From Nemertoderma westbladi (lineage: Eukaryota > Animalia > Xenacoelomorpha), in contig JAUCBJ010000174.1 in the NCBI GenBank assembly GCA_032718475.1, forward strand, positions 90,706 through 154,705: a stretch of 64,000 nucleotides of DNA, given 5' to 3'. The notes below the pieces were generated by a model, which was not told the origin of the DNA, made no database searches, and was given only the letters and a program-made list of their open reading frames with translations. Below, piece after piece: positions 20,244 to 34,350 of this stretch (positions are counted from its first letter, which is position 1; each line of letters starts with the position of its first letter). A program made the position numbers and the translations under genes.

Positions 20244-22474
20244 ATGATTTTTAATTCATTTCTCGCCTTTGGACGGGCTACTAGATCTGCTGTTAACGAA
20301 TATGTTGGTTTGGGTAAAAAACTCACCCGAGTTCAATCCCATTCCTTCTTTCTACGCGACTGCCTTGAATGGAGCATTGTTCCTAAAGGTTTGCGTATTC
20401 CTGGTATTATTCCACAATCTCTGGATGAGTCGAAATGGTTACAACAAGCAGTTAAAGAGCGTGTTCATACCTTACGTCATAAAACCCATTCCGATGTGTT
20501 CACCATTCGAGCGAGGAGAACCTCAATTTACGGTTTTATCTCTCAACGAGTACCCATTGAGCTTATTAATTTGTTGGAAGATCAAGCTCAACGCTCTTAC
20601 TCCCTCCCGCGAGTTCAATAGGAGTCAAACTATTAAAGAGAAGAAGTTTAACGGTTTACTCATCGACCAAAACCTTACCTTTGCTCAACGTCGCGGTAAT
20701 TGGAACCCACCATCAGACACTCAAACCGTCATTAACTTGTCGGAGACCCCTTTGAGTCTGGCCGAGTCACGTGCTTTGGCCCATGGACCTAAGTTCTCTT
20801 TGCCACCTAAGGAGAAGATCCCTGTTCTGGATCTCACAGCCGGATGCCAGCGGGCGGTTGAGTTGGCCACCTGGAATGCTAACCCGAACATTACCAGTGA
20901 GTCCATTCTCCATTTCCAGAATACCGCTGCTCAGATCATGACGAAGCTCTCTAAACTTTCCTCTTCAACTAATAAAGACCAACTGGAATTTAATTCGCCA
21001 ATCTATAAATTGGCTAAGGATCGCAACCGGGTTTGTGTTAGTGCGGATAAAGCTCGAACCTTGGTGGTTCTCGACAGAAAGGATTATGAGGACACTGTCA
21101 CCCGTGATTTAAAACCTCATCTTTATGAGAGGCTACCAGCAGATCCCTCTCCCAAGTATGTTAAAACCTTCCGGAATTTATTACTAACAGCGCTCGCAGG
21201 ACCCCCTACAACTTGCAGGAAATGTGATGATTGGCTAAAATCCGTTGACCCTGAACGACATCAACAGTACTGGAAGCTTCGCCTAACTCATGGTCGCGCT
21301 GCCCCGTTCTACGCCCTTGTGAAAACTCATAAATTCGATTGTCCACCACGTAATGAGGAGGAACGCAAGTTTTGGATTGATAATCTTAAACTGAGACCTA
21401 TTTGTCCAGGCTACCGAGGCGTTGACCGTAATATGAATCTACATTTAACGAAATGTCTTCAAATTCTCCCTAAACCTCGTATGTCTATTAGTAGCCCATT
21501 CGAGGTTCTCGATATCCTCAGAAACCACAACCACCTAGCTGGTTCCTGCATTTTATTATCCCTCCTAGATGTCACCGCCATGTTCCCTTCCATACCGGTA
21601 GAGGAGGCTCTTCCGGTTATCCAAGAGCGACTTGAAGCTCACAGCAATGAATTGGTGGGGGTCTCAGCACTTTCGCCAACACAAGTCGTTGATTTTCTCA
21701 GTCTGTCTACTGATAATACTCACATTGTAGTTACGGTTGGTGGCGAGGAATGCTGGTATAGACAAAACGCGGGTTCGCTATGGGCAAAAGTTACTCTCCA
21801 CCTGCCTCTGATCATTACATGGGCCATTGGGAGGAGGACTTGGAACTGAGGGCCGTCGATGTCGGAGGATGGATTGGGTTTATCTGTCGTTTCGCAGATT
21901 GGCTGCGTTCTTCGGTTCTCACGAATGTGTTTCAAATTGGGTTGACAGCCTAAACAGGAAACACCCCAATATCCAAGTTACTGTAGAGTTGGAAGTAAAT
22001 AAAACCATTGCTTTTCTTGACATTCTTATTGAAAGGGGTAATGATTGCTTTATTACAAGGGTGTTTAGGAAGGCCTGTAATCATAACAAAACCAAACACT
22101 TGCTTCCACCAGAACAAGTGTCTGGTGTTGTTTACTCCATTGTGTGCTCCTGTGGGGGTAGGTATGTGGGAGAGACCGATCAAGAGCTAAGTGACAGAGT
22201 AGAACAACACCGCAAAGGATGGCAGCGCAGTTCCCAGAACTCAGCTTTCGGTTCCCATGGTAACTGCAACCCTGGTTTTGGTGATGTCAAGACCTTGGCC
22301 CACGTTACCAATACCAGAGCACGACTATTGGTTGAGTCTGCGTTCATTAGAACATATGGACGAAGAGAGACCATCATCTCGTCCCCAAACGATGACTCAA
22401 TCAATAGGAACTCAGGTACCATGTTATCCAGTTGCTGGCTTCCAGCGATCGTAAACGCGCTATCGGTTATCTAA
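20244..22474 (+). pseudogene. Penelope RT and GIY-YIG endonuclease ORF, frameshifted
   Basis: ADK, FYALVKTHK, LRPI, DVTAMFPSIP, IAFLDILI and GVVYSIVCSCGGRYVGET, split over three frames. The catalytic YxDD region is corrupted. Confidence 0.9.
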
Positions 22475-23728
22475 CTGTGCCTCTGTTTATTCATCTATAT
22501 TATACTGTATGTGTGTTGTATATGTGTACTGTTTAGTGTTTATTCTTTATTACTTTACTGTATATGTGCGTTGTAGTTGTTGTGTACTGTTTATATTATA
22601 CTGTATGTGCGACGTATACGTATATGTGTACTGTTTAGTGTTTATTCTTTATTATTTTACTGTATATGTGCGTTGTAGTTGTTGTGTACTGTTTATATTA
22701 TACTGTATGTGCGTCGTATACGTATATGTGTACTGTTTATACATTATTATTTTACTGTATAAGTACGTTGTAGTTGTGTACTGTTTATCCATTTATATTA
22801 TACTGTATGTGCTTTGTATATGTGTTCTGTATAAATCTTTATACTTTATTATTTTACTGTATATGTGCGTTGTAGTTGTTGTGTACTGTTTATATTATAC
22901 TTACTGTATGTGCGTCGTATACGTATATGTGTACTGTTTAGTGTTTATTCTTTATTATTTTACTGTATATGTGCGTTGTAGTTGTTGTGTATTGTTTATA
23001 TTATACTGTATGAGCGTCGTATACGTATACGTATATGTCTACTGTTTAGTGTTTAGTGTTTATACTTTATTATTTTACTGTATAAGTACGTTGTAGTTCT
23101 GTACTGTTTATCCATTTATATTATACTGTATGTGCTTTGTATATGTGTTCTGTATAAATCTTTATACTTTATTATTTTACTGTATATGTGCGTTGAAGTT
23201 GTTGTGTACGGTGTATGCGTTTATATTATATAATGTTTAGTGTTTATACCGTATTATTATACTGTATATATGCGTTGCAGTTGTTGTGTACTGTGTATTC
23301 ATTTATATTATACTGTATGTGCTTTGTATATGTGTAGGCCTACTGTTTAGGGTTTATACTTTATTATTATTCTGTACATGTGAGTTGTAGTTGTTGTATG
23401 TGCGCTGTAGTTGTTTATTCATTTATATTTTAATGTATTTGTTTTAGCCATTTATACATTTCTATTGTAATGTATAATATGTGCTTTCTGTTTGTACACT
23501 TATTTTATATTGTGTAATGTGTGTGTATGTGCGTTGTACGTACAGTAGTGTGTAGTCTGTAGTGGTAGTTTATACATGTTTCATTATACTGTATGTTTTT
23601 CCGTTAATAGATTTGAATTTTACTGTATATGTGCGTTCTATTTTTTGTATACTGTATAGTATATACTGCTAGGCCTATATACCGGTAACTTTGCTGTCCA
23701 GTGCCCAATAATTAATACTTTTAAAATT

Positions 23729-23771
23729 TAGCATTGATAAAGTTAACCATTGGCTTACGAAACGTCTGCTA
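23729..23771 (+). ncRNA. Second hammerhead copy in the 3' pseudo-LTR
   Basis: TAGCA-TTGATAA-AGTTAACCATTGGCTTAC-GAAACGTC-TGCTA. Confidence 0.7.
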
Positions 23772-24689
23772 GGCCTAATTACCTACTATTTTTTCATACC
23801 TGTGGCTGACAGTCCTTCCTTTGTTTTATCTTTTAATATTTACTCGTCACATTCCCCAACATGATTTTTAAAACATTAAAGAGGTAATAACGGAAATCAG
23901 TCAATGAGCTATATAGTATAAAATACAATTTTGTACATAAACGAAAACATATAAAATATTTTGTCACTAAAACATACTGAACTCATATAAATCAACATAA
24001 TTTAGTATATACACCCGGAAAAAAAGCATACTTTTAATTAAAAAAATCTACCGATAAGAGCATTTTGAAATCCGACTCAAGCATAATTTCCTGAACCTGT
24101 CTGTTGGACGTCCTGTTTGTTTACATACATTTAAATCAATAACAATTATTATATGGAATGAAATACTTACATTAAATATATCATCGTATTCTAGCCAAGT
24201 TTAGGCTTTTTGGAAAATCCTCCCTCCTTGGTTTTGGGATTAAAACTTTTTGCCGGCGTTACAATGTGCATAATCCTAATCCTGGCCTTAAGGAATCTAC
24301 CCTCCACTAACGTCCTCCGCTGTATGAGAGTGAGCAGATCAACGATCTGCCTATGAGCAGCCATTCTCTGAAACATACAATATTAAAAACATTATCAAAG
24401 CTTTATCATACGATTACTGTTGTCACGTAACTTGTGTTTTGGCATGGTCACTGGTCAGCCCTGATTTTTTATTATGCTACATCAAAATTATCTAAACGTT
24501 CTAAAAATTTTACCTACTAACACACATACAAAATTTCAAAAAAAATTACCAAGCCATTGCTGAGATATAAGCGTCCAAAGATTAGACTGACCGACAGACA
24601 ACATGAGTTTGAGATGGTACCCTTATGCTAAGCTCGCTAACTTACATGGCTCGCCCCACATACTGCATTGCCTACTTATTTGTCTTACT

Positions 24690-27600
24690 GTAGGTTGCGT
24701 ATGCGGAGCATACGGCGTCCTCCTCTCCCACTTAACCTGTTGTCTTATCATGGCTGCCCTGACTTCCTCCCCCTCCAGGATATCCAAAGCCTCTGCCATC
24801 TCGTTCTCCGCCCCCACAAAGTTGTCGGAGTATATTACTGCGATCGTCCCACCTTTGCGGTCTCTGAACCTTTCTAGGGCATTGATGAATGCCAATGCGG
24901 TTGCATCTTGGGCGAGTTCTATCCCTACCGCCCGCGTATTGTTACATACGAAGATAATGCCATAGCGCTTCTCTGTGTGCCGCATCACATTAATCTTTAT
25001 CGGCCCGAACATGTCCACACCACAATGCGTGAATGGCGGGTCGTGCTGTCTCACCCTACTGGCCGGTAGTGGCACCATCTCCTATATGGCCCGCTCCTTC
25101 TTCGTTCGTCGGCAGGTCTGGCACTGCCCCACTACCGCCTTTACCTTCTTCCTCAGCTGTTTGACCCAAAAGGTCCTTCGTATCTCCGTGAGGGTTCGGT
25201 TGGTGCCCCCGTGCAATATCGACTTATGAGAGTCCCAGATAATCTGGTGGACTATCGGCGATCCATTAGGGATGATGATGGGCTTTGGCGGAATGATAAT
25301 ACTGTTGTTGTTCAACACCCTAGAGTTCATTACTAAGATCCCGTCATCATTGAGTTGTGGCGACAGCGCGATCAGCTCACTGTCCCGTCGGAGATGCTGT
25401 TGTTTACCGACGCATTCCACCTCGTTGCCGTAATTCTTTCTCTGTTCGTAGCAGATAATGGCCTTGGCCGCTCCCTCCAGATCGATGGTTGTTCTAATTT
25501 TTACGTCTTTGCCGACTCCCTTGAGGAAATCCCCGAAGGCTCTCCAGTATGCCACTAACTTCTTGGTCTTGTACCAACTAGAGCTGTAGCTAAGGAGTTT
25601 GTCCGTCGGGTTATCGCATAGTTCTTCCGGTTTTGGTTGCACGTCCCTTATCTCCCTCACCATCTGGCTGTATATCTCTTCACTCTCTGAATCTCCTCCT
25701 TCTTCCTCTAATGTTACTTCCCCTGAGCCCGGGTCCACCTTCCTCATCGGCAGCCAGGCTGTCTTATCGTTCAGAAATTGCGGCCCGTGCTGCCACAATA
25801 CTTCCTTCTTCAGGAAAGTGTGGCGTGCCACGCCCCTCGATAACAAGTCCGCTGGGTTCTCGTCCGTTGGGCAGTAGTGCCACCTTTCCAATTCCGTCGT
25901 TGCCCTTATTTCGTCCACCCTATTTGCGACGAATATAGGGTATCTCGTCCTTTCGTTATGTAGCCAACCAAGCACTACCATGGAGTCCGTCCAGTAGTGT
26001 GTTTCCACTATGTTTGGAATAGCGTCCATCAAGTAGGCTGTGGCCCTAACTCCTAACCTCGCAGCTGTCAACTCGAGTTTCGGAACTGATGCTGAATCTG
26101 GCGGCGTCAACTTCGCCTTGCTGAATGCGAGTCTGAGCTTGTGAGCCCCCTCTAGTTGTACTAAGTAGAGTGCCGCTCCGTATGCCTCTAATGGTGCATC
26201 GGAGAACATGTGTAGATCCAAATTCGTCATGTCCCCATCCGGGAAATACACGTGTGGCATGCTGTATGTTCCCATCTGCTCTAAACTCTCTGTCCATTTG
26301 CGCCACTGCTTGCTGATCTCTTCCGGGACCTCTGTATCCCATTCCTCCTTTAGTTTGTATACTTTCTTAACCCTATTCCACCTGGGGTTGGGCAGAATCT
26401 GCCCAACACTTTTTATTTTTAGAAATTCATGATGATGATTTTTATGTATTATTATGAAATTCATTGACTTTTCCTAGAATTTAATTGGCTTTCTGATGGT
26501 AACAAAATATTTTTTTCATCATTTATACTTTTTGTGCTATGGTGTGTTTTTCATATCATAGTCACATTTTTTTATTATAATATCTTTATTAGCCTAACTA
26601 CTAGAAAAGATAATCCCTGGTTGGATAGTTCCCCTGGTCAACAAGCTAGAATACAACCAATTACGGTCCAGGACATTCAGGTTGTAAAGTTAAATTCAAA
26701 CACGAGATTGTCTACTGCTTGGATTAGTACACATCAATCACATTATTTTTTAATAACAAAATACTAAACTGACAGATAAGCAAGCAATAAGTCTACTAGG
26801 ATAAAACAACAACCACCAATGAAACCAGTATATTCCTAATGTAATACAGCAGACATAAACAGAGGTGAATAAATCTATTCAATAACAGCACCCCTGCAAG
26901 CAAAATTTTCACTTGGGATGTCTGGCAGAGTTAGGCAGACATTGGTGTTGGGAGGAGTATTATCTCATCTTTTTACTATAATGGGTTATCTTCATGAAAA
27001 TTAATTTATATGGATATATTATTTAAAATTATGAATATATAAAACTCAGAACAGATTCATTATATATTTTTCAATAAACCTGCGAAAATTTGGAAAGTTT
27101 TGATAAAATTATCATTACTTTTTAGTGTATAATAAACTGTTGGGCATATTATGCCCAACCCCAGGTGGAATCTCGGACAAAAGAGCCCAGGTGGAATAGG
27201 GTTAAGTATCTGTTTCCCCGTGACTAGTAATGGGGATGCTAGGCCTATGGGATCGTATATCCTTGCTATGTATGACACATAGCCCCTCTTTGTGTGGATG
27301 TCTGCACCCTCCTGGCTCAATTGGTACTTTAGTTCGTCTGTCTCTCTGTTCCACATGATCCCTAGTGCCTTCTGTTGGGACTCTATCCTCTTGTTCGCCA
27401 TGTCCTGTCCCTTGGCTGTCGTGGGATTATCCATGGTCGATTCTGGCCTCCTGTCCTCTATGGCTTTCATGAACTCTTGCGAGCTGGATTGGAACTTGGT
27501 TAGGTTAAACCCGGATCCTTTTAGGATGTTGCGAACCTCGCGCCCCGTATCCAGTAGTTCCTTTACCGTATTTCCAGACTCCATCCAGTCGTCTACATAG

Positions 27601-30165
27601 AAGCCGCGTCGAATCATATTGACGGCTTTGGCGCTATATTTATCTTCCTTCCCTTCTACCGTGTCCCTCACGGCCACAGTCATCATAAACGAAGACGACT
27701 TGGCTCCCATATTCTGTACTACCATCTTGTATATCGGTATTGTCGACGGTTCCTCGTCGCTGTTGTACCATAGGAAACGCTGACTGTCGCTGTCCTCTTC
27801 CGTTACATGGACTTGGTTGAACATGCCTTCGATGTCGCAGGTGAAGGCGTGCTTCCCGTTCCTGAATCTAAGTAGGACCTCGATCCCTGAGTTATAGATA
27901 TTGGGACCCTCCAGCAGATAATCGTTTAGGCATTTGCCGTTGGTCTTAGCCGATGCGTCAACTATCATCCGCAGTTTACCTTTCTTTGGGTCTAGAGTCA
28001 CGTGGAGTGGCAGGTAGTAGGTCCTGTCCGTGTTTGGTTCATCGACCGGTAACTCTACGGCCCATCCTTTCTCAACATACTTCCTAATTGTCTTATGAAT
28101 GTACTCATTCTTTTCGGGGCTTCGCTTTAGCGTTTGCTTCAACTTACGAAGCTTCGTGAGTTCCATTCTTTTGTTGTCAGGTAACAGTAGTTTTGGTAGT
28201 TTCCATACCATCCCTATGGTATACCGCCCCTTGTCGCATCTCATCGACTCCTTTACGCTTTGTAAAGCCTGCTTGTCTTCCAACGAGGATCCGACCCCAG
28301 TCTCTTTCAATCCCTCAAAATCCTGCCTGAGCAGTCTCCTGAGCTGCTCCTCCGCTCTCTCATCTCCCATCTCTCGCATAGTTCCCGCGAACATGCACCC
28401 TGATGTCTCCGACATCCTAAATGGCATCTTGGTTTTAATTGGGCCGCTCAGCGTCCACCCGAATGGTGTTAGAATCGCCACCGGGTCACACTGCCTGTCT
28501 TCGCCGAAGACCGTTTGCATTCTCTCGTGGGCCGTCGGGCAGTCCATTCCTACTATGATGGATACCTTCCTAACGTACACCTCTGGGATTGAGAAATCGA
28601 TACTGTCCAGGAATTTATATTGTTCGACCTCGATGTTGGTTGGTTGCCTGGCGTTGATATTTATCGACTCTATCACCTGGACAGGGTCGACGGTCGCCCC
28701 CATAGTCGCATCCCGGTGCAATCGCTGCTATCACGCACCGTCCGGTCCTCATCTCCAGGACCTCATCTTTGCTGGAGATGGTTGTTACCGCCATTCCACT
28801 TGGCCTCATTCTCAATCCTATCTCTTCGGCCACCCAATTCTCAACCAATGTGAAGGCTGCTCCACTGTCGACCAGCATCAGTGTGGTTACTCATCGATTG
28901 CCTTCCCCAATTATCCTTACCGGTACTACCCCGAGTAGTACCGTTCCTCTTTTCTTCGCCCCTATGGTGCTTGTCGCCATTGTCTGCCCTTTACTTTGAC
29001 CGAATTTAATTGGCGTTTCTTCGCATTGGTCGGCTCTATGTCCACCCATCACACACCGAGAACAAACTTTGTTCCTTCTCGAGTATTCTCCCTGATCTTC
29101 CCTGGGTAGCGCTTGCCAGTACCTGCAGTTCATGGTCTGATGAAGTGCATTTGTATGTAATTGGCATTTGCTCTTTGGGTTGTAGCCGTCCTTATACAGT
29201 GCGCTGCATATCGCACTTACGTTTGTACCAAAGTCCCTACTATTCTTATTGTTTGGGTTCGGCCTACTGGGCGTGTTAGGGTTATGTTCATTTGTGTTGT
29301 TATTTTTCCCCTGTCCGCTCCATGATGTGGTCTTACCCCTGGCTACTTGTGGACTAGCAGTCCCCTGCGTCGCCGCGTACGGCAGTGACTGTCTGAGCTT
29401 TGGCAATGCATTCGACGCGTTGTGTTCTGGTTTCGGCCTGTGGTAATCGGTCTTTGGTCCCTTTCCCAGGCTATCTTCGCTATAGACTGGGTCCGTTATT
29501 AGTTCAGCTTCATAGTTTAAGAAGCTCGACATTTCTTCTAAACCCGGTTCCGCACCCTTCCTCTCTCGAGTGGAGAAGGCGATTTTCCTCCACTTATTGC
29601 GCAGCCAGATCGGCAGTGCCTGTGCTATTGTGGTGATGTTATTGGATGCGTTAAGTTCGTATGGCGCGTCCAGCGTCTTTAACACAATTAGTGCTTTCTC
29701 GACTTTGTTCGCAAATATCTTTATGCTAACGGGGTTATCCTGTAGGCCACCCGATGTTATACCTCTCAGGGTTTGCCGGATGATCTTGGCTGGGTGCCCG
29801 TACTCCCTGTCTAGTGCCCGCCATGCTGTCGTGAAGCCGCCCTCAATGCCCTGATACTGCCTCACGATGTCGTATGCTGGGCCTCCTGTATACACTTGCA
29901 GACCATGCTTGGTCTTTAAGGCATCGATTAATGTAGCCATCCCCATCGCCTGTGCCTCCAATGGGTTCGATGGATGCTGTACAGATTCTGTTGTTGGGTG
30001 CGGTCCGTTCGTCCTATCTGCTGCCCCTCTCTGTGTTGGGTATGTCATAGGGGGTAGCAGCCCCCTCCATATCTCGGTGTCGCATGACCTGTTCTCGTCC
30101 AAGGGGTTCGATGTTCTTGTTCCTATTGGAGTATATTGTTGATATTGTGATGGGGGAATGTCACC

Positions 30166-30196
<31 letters not shown>

Positions 30197-30312
30197 ACCG
30201 GTATGTTTGATACTGGGGTTAATGATAATATATATATTGGGGCCCATGCACCTATCCGCAATAATTCTCCCCTCCCCTGGATATATGTTGTGTCCTTGCA
30301 TGCTGTAGTCAT
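24690..30312 (-). mobile_element. Decayed BEL/Pao gag-pol (gag, PR, RT, RNase H, IN); no LTRs seen
   Basis: Gag knuckles (28891-30312), LVDSGA protease, RT with YVDD (27202-28721), RNase H FSDA/YWTDS/NPADLLSRG, integrase HGG..CQTC, GVDMFGP and SDN. Contains frameshifts and a stop. Confidence 0.93.
26371..27201. mobile_element. Non-autonomous piggyBac-type element inserted into BEL pol
   Basis: TTAA TSD and TIR CCCTATTCCACCTGGG/CCCAGGTGGAATAGGG. Removing it restores the frame GKQIL-KKVYKL. Confidence 0.92.
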
Positions 30313-30567
30313 ACAGCTGTGCTGGTACCGGTATAGGCCTATCCACTTCTGGCCTACCTACCGGTATGTAGATATGCTGAGAGATATGCTGCTACGACAA
30401 CCACACCACGAGAGGAATTCTGCTTAGTAGACCAAGACCATGGAGAACCAACTCCAACTGTTACCTTTCGAGGAGGAGGACACCGCGATTTAGACCCCCA
30501 TAGTGAAAGTGTACATGTACAGGTTGGTGCTAGCAGCCAATACAGTAGGCCCAACAGTAGGCATGCT

Positions 30568-31075
30568 GTGCAAAATAATAGTGATCGTACACCTAACATA
30601 TCAAGGAGTGAATTCTTTAATTTTTGGGAAGATCGGTTGTTTATGGAGGACAGTGACAGGAGACCAAGATCACGACACAGGTCTGACTACCCAGACCGTG
30701 ACAGGTTTAACCCTACAGAGAGAAATAATGGAAATCATTATTATCTACCAGACGAGGCTAATTACGTGGTAGGGACTGGACCTACGGTAGTTAGGCCCTC
30801 TCCTTTTACTGGGGAAGACCCCAGAGAGGTAATAGACGAATGGATTGGTAGATTTGATAGGGCAGCCAATGCTAACGCATGGTCATTTTCTAAAAGAGGT
30901 ATTATCCTTCCTGCGTATTTGGAAGGGAGAGCAGGTCGATGGTACCAAGCAAATAAGACATCTCTAGATCGTCTCAACTATTCACAGTTATGTAATGAAT
31001 TGTTAGATAGGTTTGTCAGCAGTGCAATTCGTTTTTCATATTATGACGAATTCATAAAATTAAACCAAAACTCAG
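30568..31075 (+). mobile_element. Ty3/Gypsy gag (capsid) fragment
   Basis: PSPFTGEDPREVIDEWIGRFDRAANANAW...YLEGRAGRWY...L..RF. Confidence 0.8.
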
Positions 31076-31164
31076 AAAATAGCAGGTTGGGTTCAATTGA
31101 ACCGAATATAAGATATTCAGTACTAACAGTACAATGTGAAAAATTGTTATCACAAATTACTTAA

Positions 31165-32284
31165 CCCTATTAAACCCGGGGGGGGGGTCAATATGACCCC
31201 CCCCCGTGGTGTTTTTATTATAATTCTGAAACAAACGCAGTTGGGAATCTGAAATTTTACGACTTTTCCTAAAAATCTATTGTGTTCCTAGTAGTGAAAA
31301 CCGTTTTCAAAAATATTGGGTACTTTTCGAGTTATAGCACAATTTTTTAACCCTACTTTTGGCACTTTTTTTGAGACGTTTTTTGAAAATTACATTTTAT
31401 TAAATATGAATTGTAACATCTCTATTTTTGATTTACACCGGTTTTTTGGTGTTAGAAATTTGATGGAATTCATATAAATTGATTTAGAAATTTCAAACTT
31501 GTACTTTTCGGCGGGTACCAAATTTTGGTGCCAGCACCAAATTTTGAATTAAGTCAATTTTGTAAATTGATCGTTTGAAACTTGTTTTTTACGCAATTGG
31601 GGTTTTTTTGGGTTTCTGGATTCGATGAAATATATACGAGTTGCACCAAGCGTATCAAACTTGTATTTTTCGGTGCTGTGTGAAATTTTGGTGCTAGCAC
31701 GAAATTTTGAAAATCCATTCAATAGATAAAATTGCTTGTGACAATTTATTTCTTGCGTTTTAGAGGTTTATGGCTGTTCTGAATTCAATGGAAAATATAA
31801 TTATCGAACTAGACATCTCAAACTTGTATTTTTCGGATGTGTGTGCAAAATGTGGTGCTAGCACCAAATTTTGAAAACCATCAAATATATCAATTGATTG
31901 TGTCACCTTGTTTCTTGCGTTATACGGGTTTGTGATGGTTCTGAATTCAATGGAATCAGTAAAAATTTCATAAGAGTTCTCAAACTTGTATTTTTCGCCG
32001 GTGGGTGAAAATTGTTGTGCCAGCACCAAATTTTGGAAAATATGCAAATTGATAAGTAGATAGTATCACCTTGTTTCTTGCGTTATACGGGTTTATGAGG
32101 GTCCTGAATCCGATGGAATCAATAAAAACAGCACTGGACATCGCAAACTTGTACTTTTTGGTGATGGGTACGAAATTTGGTGCTAGCACCAAAATTTGCC
32201 AAATTACGCCGAAAAATACAAGTAGCAATGATCTGGCATATTAGAAATGTATTCCATTAGAATCAGCGCCCTCGAAAACCTGAA
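31165..32284 (+). mobile_element. Truncated copy of the piggyBac-type element at 46999-48550
   Basis: TTAA|CCCTATTAAACCCGGG start, near-identical to 46999-48115, and broken at a junction with BEL gag. Confidence 0.88.
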
Positions 32285-34350
32285 TCAGATGTATCTAAAT
32301 TCAAGTTCAAGGACCATAATGTAGGAGACGATTTTATCAATAAAGGTTCACATATTTTATTGATAACAAGTGGCAGTATAGTTGACAAATTCCCATCAAG
32401 TAAATGTAAATCTATTTCTATTAAATCTAATGTTTCTGGAACACAATTTCCTTTACATTTATCACCCCGAAATCCCTGTAAACAAACTAGTTGTTTGCCA
32501 ACGACTGGCAAATTATTTAGAGTTACAAATTTTTCTGTAACAAATGATTTTGTGCTGCCGGTGTCAAAAAAGGAATTTACTTGTTTTGATTGGTTTATAT
32601 CAGTAATGCATGAAATGACTGCTGTTTGCAAAAGGACTATTTCATGTTTATTGTTAACTGCAGGTCGTGCGAAGTGCATAACGGTGTCTGGAAGGACATC
32701 AATATTGTTAGTAGTTGTGTAGTCATCTCCTGGTTGTTGTGTCACCATGGCAACATGTACGGTTTTGGATTTAGGGTTTTCCACTACCTTATAACATATT
32801 GACGTGTGGTGGCCTGTCTGCTTACAATTATAGCAAGGAGGTTTTTTTCGTGGGCAATTGCTAGCTTGATGATCATTTCCAATGCATATGAAGCAACGAT
32901 TTTGTTTTTGTAATATACTTTTGCGCTCAGGGATGTTACCTATAATGTGACAGTTTGAGGAATAATGGTTTTGCTTACAGAAAATGCACCGTGGGACCTT
33001 TTGTAACTGTGATTGTGGGTTAAATGGCGCTTTTTGATTTTGAGTGGTATTCGATGCTTGAGGTTTTCTAACCATTTCAGTGAAGAATGTGGACACTGTG
33101 GCCGTGAATGGTTTTTGACCAGGAGTGAATACTTGACGGTTGTTGTTCTTGTTGACTTGGTTGCTTAAGCTCTGCTAGTGCTTCATCAGTATCAATCTGT
33201 ACCTGTATTAATTTCATTAATAGTTCAAGGTCGTTAATTTCATTGTTATTATCCCGTAAAATCCGTTGAGCTAATTGTGTGGGTAATGACCTTAAAATAT
33301 CGGGTATGACCATGCGTTGGTATTCGTGTGTTGTGACGTTGAGAGTTTCTAATGCTCGTATATTCTTTCTACAATTGTTGTAGATGTCTCGTAATGAATT
33401 TGCATTACCAACTTTATAAGAACCTCTGTGTAACTCCTCTATGTGAGCTCTTATTATGCGATTTTTGTTCCCATATTCATCTTTCAATAAATCTAAAGCT
33501 ACAGAATAATTACCTGCAGCTACTGGTAAACCGGCAACAATAGCTTTTGGTATAGGACCTAAACTTTGTACGAGATATTGAAATTTTAGAACATCCGGTA
33601 ATCCTGATTCATGAATGGCAGCTACAAAGGCATCATACCAGCCAAAATATTCTAAGGGATTGCCGTTGAAAATTGGTGGTTTTAATTTGCCTAGTACGGA
33701 TCTGGCATATGCTTGAGAATTTCCAAATGTTTGATTGCTATTTACATGGTACTTGATGAGAATGTGTTACCTAATTGTATCGTGGATGTAGGATCTACAT
33801 TAGTAGTTATTGGTCTACCACGTTAATTAGACAGTTGTAACTCAGAAATTAAGTTAGACAGTTTTACCTCATAATCTGAAGCAGTCTGTAAGTCTTGATC
33901 CACGAAATCCGTTGTACTGAGTTCCCATATGTCTCCGTTGATTTTGTCTAACTGGTCTCTGTATCGTTCGAGTGTGTTGATGTGTGCATTGCTGGCCACC
34001 TCGTCGAGTTTGGTGATATCTTGACCATTAATCGTGTTGTAAACCTTGGTTGCTGCGGCTCGAACACCTCGTCTTTTGGCTTGCAACTGTGTTGTATCCA
34101 TTGCGTATCTTTGTGTTGAGTGATTATGGGTTTTTATCGGGCGCCATAATGCGTAAATTGGTTTGACCAAAGTCAAATGAGTTTGTCATAAAGACAGGAA
34201 GTTTCAAATAAACAAAATGGGGCGTTTTTTCAATACAATACTAATATAATGAATAATTGAGTAACGCACACAAATCTTGATTCAAGTCCAATATATAACT
34301 AATTTACTACATTCACTTACTACAGCTGAACGTATTACTAACTACTGTAC
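32285..34350 (-). mobile_element. BEL/Pao 5' fragment (LTR end, PBS, gag, protease), frameshifted
   Basis: PBS-like TGGCGCCCGA after ...CA at about 34150, gag start MDTTQLQAKRRGVRAAATK, DUF1759-like region, knuckles, FFDTGS. The upstream LTR boundary is uncertain. Confidence 0.85.

Larger units (their letters stand above)
19316..23871 (+). mobile_element. Penelope-like element with direct pseudo-LTR repeats
   Basis: RT plus GIY-YIG ORF flanked by direct repeats (about 19316-20253 and 22527-23871) made of TA/TG-rich minisatellite plus a hammerhead-containing end. Confidence 0.88.

Noticed and set aside
22509-23096. Hydrophobic Cys/Tyr/Val-rich membrane protein (also 19469-19729)
   Set aside because: Translation of a low-complexity minisatellite.
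27292-30142. Plus-strand ORFs up to 279 aa
   Set aside because: Antisense shadows of BEL gag-pol.
30168-30196. Poly-C run read as poly-Gly or poly-Pro
   Set aside because: A homopolymer of unreliable length in a decayed gag.
31760-32228. Repeated ORFs (also 47592-48024)
   Set aside because: Internal repeats of a non-coding piggyBac-type element with no transposase motifs.
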